42,946 nt of DNA from an uncultured Myxococcales bacterium. Its GTDB lineage: Bacteria; Desulfobacterota; Binatia; UBA1149; SPBQ01. A model generated the notes under the pieces. That model did not search any database. It saw nothing but the letters and a program-made list of their open reading frames with translations, and was not told the origin of the DNA. Location of the stretch: positions 1 through 42,946 of the forward strand of contig CAZQYE010000001.1 of the NCBI GenBank assembly GCA_964597375.1, in the 5' to 3' direction. Positions 30,599 to 39,082 of the stretch are shown piece by piece. Each line of letters starts with the position of its first letter. Positions within the stretch are counted from its first letter, which is position 1. Position numbers and translations under genes: made by a program.

Positions 30599-31515
30599 CG
30601 TGCCTGCGAGCGGCCGCCGTCATCGTGTCTTACGAGCCCGGGCCCGTGCTCGAGCGAGCGGTGCAGGCCGTGCTGGCAAGCCGGTTCCGGCCGCTCGAAG
30701 TGATCGTGGTGGACAACGGCAGCCGGGACGGGGCTGCCAGAGGTCTGGCCGATTCCTGCGACGGCCGCTTGCAGATGTTGTTTCTCGGGTCCAACCGCGG
30801 GTTTGCCGGTGCAGTCAATGCGGCGATCGACTGGCGCGAGACTCGTGTAGGAGAGCCCCCGGTCGACGTCTATGCCTTGGTCAACCCGGACTGTTTCGTC
30901 GAACCCGGCTGGCTCGGTCCTCTGGTGGCGGTGTTGACCGCTGAGCCGTCGGTCGCGGTAGTGGGCGGGTTGCTGTACGACTCGAGCGGCAGTGCGATCG
31001 AGCACGCCGGTGCCGTCGTCCGGGCGAACGGCCTCACCGAGCACCGGGGTCGTGGTTGCCGCCGTCTCGGCGAGTACGAGCGGCCGGCCGAGGTGGATTA
31101 CGTCACCGGCGCAATGTGCGCGTTTCGAGCGTCCACGTGGCACCGGCTCGGCGGTTTCGATGCCGGTTACTTTCCCGCTTACTTCGAAGAAACCGATTTC
31201 TGCCTGCGAGCGCGCTCTCTCGGTATGCGGGTGGTCTATGAGCCGGCCGCCCGGGGCATCCATCTCGAGGCCGTGAGCCTAGGCAAGAAAACGGATGCGT
31301 TTTTCCGTGTATACCACCGAAATCGAGTACGTTTTGCTGCAAGGCACCTGCTTCGGAGAGGGCGATGGCTCGCGGCGGTCTCGAGCGAGCTTGGGTGGTT
31401 GGCCGGCGGGGGCGCCCGCGGCAGCGCTCGCGCCGTTGCGGCGGCGTACGCTCGTCTTCCCATCGAACTGTGGGCAGCCAGGCGTGCCCGCTCCAGTGAA
31501 GGGGCTTGCCGGTGA
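30595..31515 (+). CDS. Glycosyltransferase family 2 (COG1216-like)
   Basis: GTG 30595 makes a GTGA overlap. Motifs: AAVIVSYEPGPVL, VVDNGSRDG, NRGFAGAVNAA, VNPDCFV, GGFDAGYFPAYFEETDFCLRA. Confidence 0.8.
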   Translation: MTCLRAAAVIVSYEPGPVLERAVQAVLASRFRPLEVIVVDNGSRDGAARGLADSCDGRLQMLFLGSNRGFAGAVNAAIDWRETRVGEPPVDVYALVNPDCFVEPGWLGPLVAVLTAEPSVAVVGGLLYDSSGSAIEHAGAVVRANGLTEHRGRGCRRLGEYERPAEVDYVTGAMCAFRASTWHRLGGFDAGYFPAYFEETDFCLRARSLGMRVVYEPAARGIHLEAVSLGKKTDAFFRVYHRNRVRFAARHLLRRGRWLAAVSSELGWLAGGGARGSARAVAAAYARLPIELWAARRARSSEGACR

Positions 31516-32909
31516 GCCGTGTCGCTCTGTTTGCGATGGGGCTGCCGCCGGCGGCGGGCGGTTGCTGCCACATGGGCCCGGGGTTGCGCTGCGGCCATTT
31601 CGCCGCTGCGTTGACGGCGGACGGGCACGAGGTGCTGATCGTCCGGTGTGACAACAGCGCTCCTGCGCGGGCACTGCGGGTTCGGGATCTGCCGGGAGTG
31701 CCCGTCGCCGGGCGCGAAGTCGGCGTAATCGAGGCATCCGAACCGGCCTTCGAGAGCGAACTACTGCGCTCTCGCATACGGGCGTTCGGCCCCGATGCCC
31801 TGGTCGGGGCCACGGTCTATGCTGCATCGCTCGCGCTGCGCCTCAGGCTCGATGTGCCGCTGTGGGCGGACGTGTTCGGCGATTTCATGGCGGAGGCACA
31901 GGCCAAAGCCGTGGTGGCGAACAACGACGCGGTAATTGCCCGCTTCTGGCAAATGTTGCTTCCGGTGCTCGAGCGCGCCGATCGGTTTTCGTGTGTCTCC
32001 GGGCGGCAGCGCTGGGCGCTTCTCGGTCAACTGGGCCTCGCCGGTCGCCTCTCATCGGCGACGGCCGGGGAGGATCTCGTTTCGGTCGTGCCGTGCGCGG
32101 CCGAGGCTCCGGTGGGGGGCGGCGAGAGTCCGCTGCGCAAGGGGGTCGAGATTCCGCGGGACGCCTTTCTGGTTGTATGGACGGGAACGTTCAACACCTG
32201 GTGCGACGTCGACGTGCTGTTTGCGGGGCTCGAGCTCGCCATGCGCCGCGAGCCGCGACTGCAGTTCGTCGCCACGGGCGGGGAGGTGCCCGGGCACGAC
32301 GAGACGACGTACGCACGGTTCGAGCGTTTGGTTGCACAAAGCGGTCTCAGCGAGCGTTTTCACTTGCTCGGCTGGATCGATCGCGGTGCGTTGTCCGGAT
32401 TGATCGCAGAAGCCGATGTGGGGATCGTCGTCGAACGCCCCTTGCCCGAACGCTACCTCGGATCGGAAAACCGGGTCGCCGAATGGGCGGCTGCCGGCCT
32501 TCCCTGCGTGACGACGGGGCTGAGCGAGTTCGGCGCCGCAATGGTCGAGCGAGGGCTCGCGTTCGGCGTGCCGCCGGGTGACCCGGAACGCTTGGCGGCC
32601 ACTCTGTGTGAGCTGATCCAAGATCCCGGGCGCCTCGAGCGCGCCGCCGGCGGCTGCGCGGCCGAGGCGGCCAGCCGGTTGTCCCCCGAGCGCACGGCTG
32701 AACCGCTCGTCGCCTGGTGCCGGAAGCCAGTGTTCGCGGGCGATCGAGGCCGCAGCCGGCCGGTGTCCGTGGGATTGTTCTCCGAGCCCTCGTCGCTGGC
32801 TCACATGCTCGAGGCCTATCTCGCCGGCCTGTCGTGGGGCCAGATCTTCTATAGATCGGCGAGGTGGTTCGGCCGCCGGCTGGTCCGGCGAGGCCGCCGA
32901 TGGGGTTGA
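31512..32909 (+). CDS. GT-B fold glycosyltransferase (group 1 / GT4-like)
   Basis: Lies inside ORF 31506-32909. GTG 31512 makes a GTGA overlap. The N-terminal half is Rossmann-like. The C-terminal half has FLVVWTGTFNTW..., LLGWIDRGAL and GSENRVAEWAAAGLPCV (an E-x7-E-like region). Confidence 0.65.
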   Translation: MSRVALFAMGLPPAAGGCCHMGPGLRCGHFAAALTADGHEVLIVRCDNSAPARALRVRDLPGVPVAGREVGVIEASEPAFESELLRSRIRAFGPDALVGATVYAASLALRLRLDVPLWADVFGDFMAEAQAKAVVANNDAVIARFWQMLLPVLERADRFSCVSGRQRWALLGQLGLAGRLSSATAGEDLVSVVPCAAEAPVGGGESPLRKGVEIPRDAFLVVWTGTFNTWCDVDVLFAGLELAMRREPRLQFVATGGEVPGHDETTYARFERLVAQSGLSERFHLLGWIDRGALSGLIAEADVGIVVERPLPERYLGSENRVAEWAAAGLPCVTTGLSEFGAAMVERGLAFGVPPGDPERLAATLCELIQDPGRLERAAGGCAAEAASRLSPERTAEPLVAWCRKPVFAGDRGRSRPVSVGLFSEPSSLAHMLEAYLAGLSWGQIFYRSARWFGRRLVRRGRRWG

Positions 32910-32985
32910 GACCTCAGAGACCGGCGCATACCATCGGGCGTCTTGTGCCGCGCGTAGCCGCCGGTCATCGTGCCGGGGGCTGCGC

Positions 32986-34677
32986 GTGCGGGTGGCACGG
33001 ATAGCAATGAACGAGTGTCATCGCGTACTGATTGTCGGACTCGACGGCGTTCCTTTCTCGCTCATCGCCGAATGGGCCAAGGCCGGCTACCTGCCGACCT
33101 TCGCCCGGCTCATGTCCGAAGGGGTCGCGGGGGATCTGGGCTCGACCATGCCGCCGACGTCGGGCCCGTCCTGGACCTCGCTGTCGACTGGAAAGAATCC
33201 GGGCAAGACGGGAATCTACGACTTTCTCTACCGGCGGCCGGGCACGTACGTGTTTCCGCCCGTCAACACCAGCGTACGTAGCGGCAAGTCCCTGTGGCGT
33301 CTGCTCAGCGAGAGCGGCAAGCGGGTGGTGGTCGTCAACCTCCCGATTTCGTACCCCGTCGAGCCGGTGAACGGCGTCTTGATCAGCGGCTGGATGACTC
33401 CGTACTTCGCCACCGACTACACCTGGCCGCCCGAGCTCGGTGATGAAATCCGGCGTGAGATCGGCGATTACCGGATCTACCCGGCCGAGACGTTCAGTGA
33501 ACGCGGTAAGAAGCGATTCTTCGAGGCTTGCGACGAGCTGCTCGACCTGCTGACGCGGACCAACCTGTACCTAATGAACAAGCAGCCTTGGGACTTGTTC
33601 ATGACCGTGTACTTCGACACGGACCGGATTCTGCACCAGCTGTGGCACTATCTCGATCCGGAGCACCCCTGGCGGCGCCACATCAAAGAGGACCTGTCGC
33701 AGCCGGTGATTCGATACTTCCAGCGCCTAGACGCCGATCTCGCTCGCCTGATCGACGCCGCGGGGGAGGATTGCCGGGTGATCGTGATGTCCGATCACGG
33801 AATGGGACGGGCCTCGCGTTTCATCGTCCTGAACAATCTGTTGCTCGAGACTGGATTCATGTCGCTGGCACGCGACGGCTGGACGCGGCTCAAGACGGCC
33901 GCTTTTCGCAGCGGCATCACCCTGCGCAACGTGCACCGGGCCGTCGACCGGCTGGGTCTGGCCAAACACGCCGAGTACAAGAACGTCTACTCGTTCGATT
34001 CGATCTTGAAGAAGCTGTTTCTCTCCTTCGACAACGTCGATTGGAGCCGAACCCGCGCCTATTCGTTCGGCCGTCATTACGGTTCGGTGTTTTTGAACGT
34101 TCGCGGGCGCGAGCCTCTGGGGATCGTCGAGCCGGGGACCGAGTACGAACGGATTCGCGACGAGCTCGCCGATGCCATGCTCGGCTACGTCGACCCCAAG
34201 CTCGGCCGGCCGATCGTCGGCCGCTGCATCAAGCGCGAGGAAGTGTACCACGGGGAGCGTTTCGAAGAGGCCCCCGACCTGATTCTGCTTCCCGAGGACC
34301 CGAGCGATATTTTCTACGGCCTTTCCGATTTCGGCTCGAACCGTGTGTGGGACGATACCTACCGTTATTCCGGCATGCACCGGGACGCCGGGCTGATCAT
34401 TGCCTGCGGACCGGGAGTGCGCCGCGGAGAGGCGTTCTCGGGCGGGAGTGTCGTGGACATCGCGCCGACGGCCCTGCACTGGCTCGGCGAGCCGATTCCT
34501 CCGGACATGGACGGACGCTCGCTGGTGTCGCTGCTTGCCGAGGACGCCCTGGCGGCTTCCCCCCCGCGGCTCGGGACTCAATCGAGCGCCGGCGAGGCGC
34601 GGCGCGACCGCGACTACACCGAAGACGAGGAGCGCGAGATCATGGAACGGCTACGCGATCTCGGCTACCTCAGCTGA
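32986..34677 (+). CDS. Alkaline-phosphatase-superfamily enzyme (type I phosphodiesterase / nucleotide pyrophosphatase family, COG3379-like), predicted cytoplasmic
   Basis: RVLIVGLDGVPFSL and STMPPTSGPSWTSLSTGKNPGKTGI (metal/nucleophile region analogous to the NPP motif ...T-x-P-x-x-x-S-x-x-TG), then VIVMSDHGM. No signal peptide or TM helix. GTG 32986 or ATG 33007 may be the start. Confidence 0.75.
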   Translation: MRVARIAMNECHRVLIVGLDGVPFSLIAEWAKAGYLPTFARLMSEGVAGDLGSTMPPTSGPSWTSLSTGKNPGKTGIYDFLYRRPGTYVFPPVNTSVRSGKSLWRLLSESGKRVVVVNLPISYPVEPVNGVLISGWMTPYFATDYTWPPELGDEIRREIGDYRIYPAETFSERGKKRFFEACDELLDLLTRTNLYLMNKQPWDLFMTVYFDTDRILHQLWHYLDPEHPWRRHIKEDLSQPVIRYFQRLDADLARLIDAAGEDCRVIVMSDHGMGRASRFIVLNNLLLETGFMSLARDGWTRLKTAAFRSGITLRNVHRAVDRLGLAKHAEYKNVYSFDSILKKLFLSFDNVDWSRTRAYSFGRHYGSVFLNVRGREPLGIVEPGTEYERIRDELADAMLGYVDPKLGRPIVGRCIKREEVYHGERFEEAPDLILLPEDPSDIFYGLSDFGSNRVWDDTYRYSGMHRDAGLIIACGPGVRRGEAFSGGSVVDIAPTALHWLGEPIPPDMDGRSLVSLLAEDALAASPPRLGTQSSAGEARRDRDYTEDEEREIMERLRDLGYLS

Positions 34678-34681
34678 AGTC

Positions 34682-37600
34682 GTGCGACGAGTGCAGTTGC
34701 CGGCTTGGGCCCTGCTTGGTTTCGCCGGCGCCGGTCTGGCGGGCGGTTGGTCGCTGCTGCCCCCGGCGTTGTTTTACCTTACGATCGTCTTACTGCCCGG
34801 ACACGTCGTGTTGTCTGCGGCGGGCCTCGACGACGAACCGCTCGCCGCCGGCCCGCCACGCTTGGTCCTCGATCTGTGCGCTTCCCTGGTGGCGCTGGTG
34901 CCGCCGGTTCTCGTGTTGCTGCCAGCCGGCCGACCGCTGTCGTCGGCATGGGTCACGCTCGGATCGTGGACTGCCGCGCTGGCCCTTGCGGCGTTGTGGC
35001 GCAGGCGACGCCCGTCCCCGGTAAACGCGGCGGGGTGGGGGGACTGGAAGAAGTGGGCGTGCTTCGGCCTGGCGCTGGCCGTGTTGTTGCCCGCCGTGTG
35101 GACGTACGCCGGTGGAACGGTCGACGATTGGTGGGATCTCGCGTTCGTGCGTTCCTATGCCGAGCGAGATTCGTTCTCGCTGAACGAACCGGTGCTCGCC
35201 AGCGGCGCAGGCCATCCGCGTTTCGCTTGGAATTCCTGGCTCGTCGCCCAGGCTCTCGCGCTGGCCCTGTGTGGAGGCGATCCTGCGGCGCTTCAGTCGC
35301 GCGTGGTGGCGCCGCTCGTCTGCGTCTTGGTGGTTGCTGCATTTGCTCTGCTGGCTCGGGTTTTCCTCGCCGAGCGGGGTCGCCTGACGGAGTGTGTGGC
35401 GCTGGCAATGGTTCCGGTGTGGCTTTACGGAACCGAAGCCTTGCCTTTCTTTACGCGGCTTCACCAAGACAAGTTCGTCGCCGGTTTGGTGCTCGTCCCG
35501 GCGATGCTCGCCTGGGCGGCGGCTGCGGCGACGGACGAAGACGAGACGCTGCGTCCACTCGTTGCCTTGGCGCTTGCGGCGCTGGCGTGTGCGGTGGTTC
35601 ATGGCCTGATGCTCGCCGTCGGCCTGATCGGTGTGGGCACGGTCGTCTCCGCTGCGCTCGCAGGCGCTTCTGCCGGCGGCCGGCGCCGGCTCGCGGCGGT
35701 CGTGTCGGTCGGTGCAATTGCGGCCCTGTACCCGGCGTGGCAGGCGTTCGAGGTCGGACGCTGGTTTGCGGCCGAGGGAATCTCCATGGCGGCTACGGAC
35801 AATCCCGTCGTGCGGGCGCACCTCGCCCTGGGCCGCTTGTGGGCACCGCAATCGGCGGCGTATGTGGTGCGTCCTTCAGCGGTCTTCGGCCCGGTCGCGG
35901 TACTCGCGGTGCCGGCCCTGTGGGGACTGTGGCGCAGGCGCGCGCAGCGACGTGAGCGCATGCTCCTGTTGCTGGCCGTGGTTCCTTGCCTCCTCGTCTT
36001 CGTTCCGGGCCTGGCCGCCGCGGTCGGGCGGCTGCTGGTCCCGTGGATGCTGTACCGTGTCGCGTGGCTGGTGCCCGTGCCACTGCTGCTCGCCGTAAGC
36101 GTCGATACGCTCTGGGGGCGTCGTGCTTACGGGCCGGGCGTCCTCGCTGCCTTGCTCGCGCTGGCGACCGCCGCGGCATCGGCGCAGACGGGCATTGCTC
36201 GCTGGCGCCGAAACATGCAGCCGCATCCGGTCGAGCGCGAGCGGGCGCCTTCGGGATCGACTCTCAGGTTGTACGAGGCGTTGCGGCAGCGTCGTGAGCC
36301 CGGTCCCGTGCTGGCGCCCCCGGGCGTGGCACACTTGTTGCCCGCGCTCGGAGCACATTCGGTCGTGGCATCGACCGAGCGGGCCACTCTCGTGTTTTCG
36401 GGCGACGAGGCTGAGGCCTACCGGAGGCTCGCCGACCGCGCGCGCTTTTATTCCCCGAGGTCCTCTGCCGCCGAGCGCGAGGCGATCGCCCGCCGTTACG
36501 GGGTCCGGCTCGTCGTCTTCGAGCGCCGGCTGATTCCCGAGGGGGGCGAGAGGGCGTGGCTGGCGACGGCGAGTCCCGAAGCGTTCGTCCGCTGGGTCGA
36601 AGGGGGAGGCCTGGCGACACCGTTTGCCACGCGCGAAGCCTTGCTCGCGGCGATTCCACCGGGCTGGTCGGTGGTGTGGGAAAGTCCGGACTATTTTCTA
36701 GTGGCCACCGGTGTGGCCTCGGCCGCGTCGCAGCCACGCCAGAACGCCGGGGGATGGACCGCCGCGTTTTCGCTCACCGGCTTCGACCCGCCTCCCGAGG
36801 GCGAAGTGCTGGCAAGCGCATCGGCCTACCCGGGAGCCGTCTACCGGTTCGAGCCGGTGCCGGCGACGCTTGCCACCCCACACGGTATTGCATGGACCTC
36901 TGGCGGGCGCCTGTGGTACGACGGGCCGCAGGCGGTGACCATCGACGTCGACCTCGAACGGGCATGTCGGGTGACGGGCGTCGAACTCGTTCCGTCGATC
37001 CGAACCGGCCGTCGTGAAGTGCTGGCCGTTACCGTTCGGGGACGCCGCCGCAGCGGCATCGTCCGTGACCGCGAGCCGGTGTTCGTGCGGCTCGACGGCT
37101 CCATGGTGGAGCGAGTGTCGCTCGACGTCGAATCGCTCATGGGTGTCGCGTTCGCCCTCGAGGACGTCCGCGTGTGGGGGGATCGTGCGGCGTGTCGGGG
37201 CAGCTGGTCTCCGCGTGTGAAGCCACTGTGGCCGCAAGGCGAGCTGGGTGTTGCGCGTCTGATCGATCTCGTTCGAAGCTACCCTCGCCAGGCAAAAGCG
37301 TCGGTTGCCTTGGCGCGCGTGCTCGAACGTTTCGACCGGAGGGACGACGCCCGCGAAGTATTGCGTCTCGCCCTGGCCCGGCAGGACGACCGGCCGGTTC
37401 CATGGATCGAAGCCGGCCTGCTCGACGACGCCGAAGGGCGCTCGGACGAAGCGCTGTCGGCGTACCGGCGTGCGTTGTCCGCGGACTCGAACAACATATG
37501 GGCGAGAGGGTGTCTCGCCTGGGCCCTGGTGCGGCGCGGTCACGTGCTCGGTGGACTGTGGTACGCGTGGCGGGCGCGCGCGGCGGAGCCGCGCTATGCC

Positions 37601-37858
37601 GATGCCTACACGATCGAAGCGCTGGCGGTCGAACGTTTGGGCCTCGTGCGCATGGCCGAGCGCCGCTTGCGCCGCGCCGTCGAACTCGATCCGAAGCGCG
37701 GGTGGGGAGTCATGGAGCTGGCCAAGCTGCTCGCGCGCAACGGGCGCCGCGGCGAGGCGCTGCGCCTGATCGCCGAGTATCTCGAGCACGTGCCGGACGA
37801 TGCATCGGCGCACAAACTCGCCCGGCGACTCGGCGGCGAGACGGGAGACTCGTCGTGA
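34682..37858 (+). CDS. 1058-aa polytopic membrane protein with periplasmic-type beta-sandwich region and C-terminal TPR repeats (candidate GT-C glycosyltransferase or O-antigen-ligase-like enzyme; function unproven)
   Basis: Lies inside ORF 34400-37858. GTG 34682 is 4 nt after the upstream stop; GTG 34691 is an alternative. The first ~590 aa carry many hydrophobic helices, with DDWWD at 35123-35137 in an early loop. Around 36876-37185 the pattern ...AVTIDVDLERACRVTGVELVP...VAFALEDVRVWG resembles a discoidin (F5/8 type C) fold. The last 206 aa (37238-37855) are TPR-like: ...EALSAYRRALSADSNN..., ...RLRRAVELDPKRGWG.... Confidence 0.7.
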   Translation: MRRVQLPAWALLGFAGAGLAGGWSLLPPALFYLTIVLLPGHVVLSAAGLDDEPLAAGPPRLVLDLCASLVALVPPVLVLLPAGRPLSSAWVTLGSWTAALALAALWRRRRPSPVNAAGWGDWKKWACFGLALAVLLPAVWTYAGGTVDDWWDLAFVRSYAERDSFSLNEPVLASGAGHPRFAWNSWLVAQALALALCGGDPAALQSRVVAPLVCVLVVAAFALLARVFLAERGRLTECVALAMVPVWLYGTEALPFFTRLHQDKFVAGLVLVPAMLAWAAAAATDEDETLRPLVALALAALACAVVHGLMLAVGLIGVGTVVSAALAGASAGGRRRLAAVVSVGAIAALYPAWQAFEVGRWFAAEGISMAATDNPVVRAHLALGRLWAPQSAAYVVRPSAVFGPVAVLAVPALWGLWRRRAQRRERMLLLLAVVPCLLVFVPGLAAAVGRLLVPWMLYRVAWLVPVPLLLAVSVDTLWGRRAYGPGVLAALLALATAAASAQTGIARWRRNMQPHPVERERAPSGSTLRLYEALRQRREPGPVLAPPGVAHLLPALGAHSVVASTERATLVFSGDEAEAYRRLADRARFYSPRSSAAEREAIARRYGVRLVVFERRLIPEGGERAWLATASPEAFVRWVEGGGLATPFATREALLAAIPPGWSVVWESPDYFLVATGVASAASQPRQNAGGWTAAFSLTGFDPPPEGEVLASASAYPGAVYRFEPVPATLATPHGIAWTSGGRLWYDGPQAVTIDVDLERACRVTGVELVPSIRTGRREVLAVTVRGRRRSGIVRDREPVFVRLDGSMVERVSLDVESLMGVAFALEDVRVWGDRAACRGSWSPRVKPLWPQGELGVARLIDLVRSYPRQAKASVALARVLERFDRRDDAREVLRLALARQDDRPVPWIEAGLLDDAEGRSDEALSAYRRALSADSNNIWARGCLAWALVRRGHVLGGLWYAWRARAAEPRYADAYTIEALAVERLGLVRMAERRLRRAVELDPKRGWGVMELAKLLARNGRRGEALRLIAEYLEHVPDDASAHKLARRLGGETGDSS

Positions 37859-39042
37859 ACATCGGATTGATCGGTCCTGCACCTCCTCTGCGCGGTGGGA
37901 TCGCTGCGCACACGGCGGGACTCGAGCGTGCTCTGGTTGGGCTCGGCCACCGGGTTGCGGTGCTTTCGTACGCGCGCGTGTATCCGCGGCTGCTCTACCC
38001 CGGTGCCCGCGTGCGCGAGCCGGGTCTCCTCGCGGCGACGGAGTTGATCGACTCGCTCGATCCGGCGAGCTGGACGCGCATGCGGCGGTGGCTCGAGGCC
38101 GGCGGCTTCGACCGCGTGGTCGTCGAGTGGTGGCATCCCATCGTCGCTCCCGCGTTGCTTGCGGGCCTGCCGGCTGCTTCGAGTGTCTGCGTCGTCGTGC
38201 ACAATGTCGTTCCGCACGAGTGGTTTCCAGGTTCGAGAGCGCTATTGAGGGCGGTTCTCGCGCGCGCTCAGGCGGTCGTGTGCCACTCCGAGCACGTGGC
38301 GGGGGAGTTGGCGGCCATCAGGCCGCGGGTGCCCGCGCGTGTCGTTCCGATGCCCCCCCTTCTCGATGTGGCGCTGGTGCTGTCGCGTGATCGAGGCGCG
38401 GCACGCGAACGGCTCGGGTTGCCCGCTGGTGCTCGAGTCGTGGCGTTTGCAGGGCACGTCCGGCGATACAAAGGTGTCGATGTGCTCCTGGAGGCATGGC
38501 GCCGCGTGCGCGAGAAGCGCCGCGATGTGCACTTAGTCGTGGCAGGCGAGGACTATCGTCCCGGCAGTCTGCGCCGCCGGGCCGCCGGACAGTGCGACGC
38601 GCTCCATGTGGTCCCGCGATACCTGAGCGACGACGAGCTGGCCGACGTGGTCGCGTGTGCCGACTGCATGGTGTTTCCCTACTTGCGCGCCTCGCAGAGC
38701 GGCCTTTTGCCGGTCGCCCGGGAATCGGGGACACGGGTGGTCGTGAGCGACGTCGGGGGCATCGGCGAGCAGGTTCGAGGTTACCCGCGCGCTGCGGTCG
38801 TTCGGGCCGGTGATGCGAGGGGGCTCGCCGATGCGATTATCAGGACTCTCGCCTCGGCGGAAGAGGACCGCAGTGTCGCAACGCGTCGCGCGCCCCAGCG
38901 ACAGCACGCCGACTGGAATCGACTGGCTCGGATTTGCGCCGGTGGTGAAGGAGTGGAGAGCCCAGACGTCGAACAGTTCATGGGGCGCAAAACGACGCCG
39001 GAACACGGCCTTACGCCGACAACTTCATGCGTGGTAGAATGA
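37855..39042 (+). CDS. Glycosyltransferase group 1 (GT4)
   Basis: Lies inside ORF 37174-39042. GTG 37855 makes a GTGA overlap. It reads VNIGLIGPAPPLRGGIAAHTAGL..., then VVAFAGHVRRYKGVDVLLEAW and FPYLRASQSGLLPVARESGTRVVVSDVGG (E-x7-E-type region). Confidence 0.8.
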   Translation: MNIGLIGPAPPLRGGIAAHTAGLERALVGLGHRVAVLSYARVYPRLLYPGARVREPGLLAATELIDSLDPASWTRMRRWLEAGGFDRVVVEWWHPIVAPALLAGLPAASSVCVVVHNVVPHEWFPGSRALLRAVLARAQAVVCHSEHVAGELAAIRPRVPARVVPMPPLLDVALVLSRDRGAARERLGLPAGARVVAFAGHVRRYKGVDVLLEAWRRVREKRRDVHLVVAGEDYRPGSLRRRAAGQCDALHVVPRYLSDDELADVVACADCMVFPYLRASQSGLLPVARESGTRVVVSDVGGIGEQVRGYPRAAVVRAGDARGLADAIIRTLASAEEDRSVATRRAPQRQHADWNRLARICAGGEGVESPDVEQFMGRKTTPEHGLTPTTSCVVE

Positions 39043-39082
39043 TGTTGCGGTTGCTGCGGCGAAAACCGTCAGTAGGCAAAGC

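Noticed and set aside
33528-35955. Alternative-frame plus-strand ORFs 33528-35024 (498 aa) and 34705-35955 (416 aa)
   Set aside because: They are Arg/Pro/Gly-rich translations with no motifs. They overlap the AlkP-family and membrane/TPR genes, whose own frames show domain signatures and hydrophobic helices.
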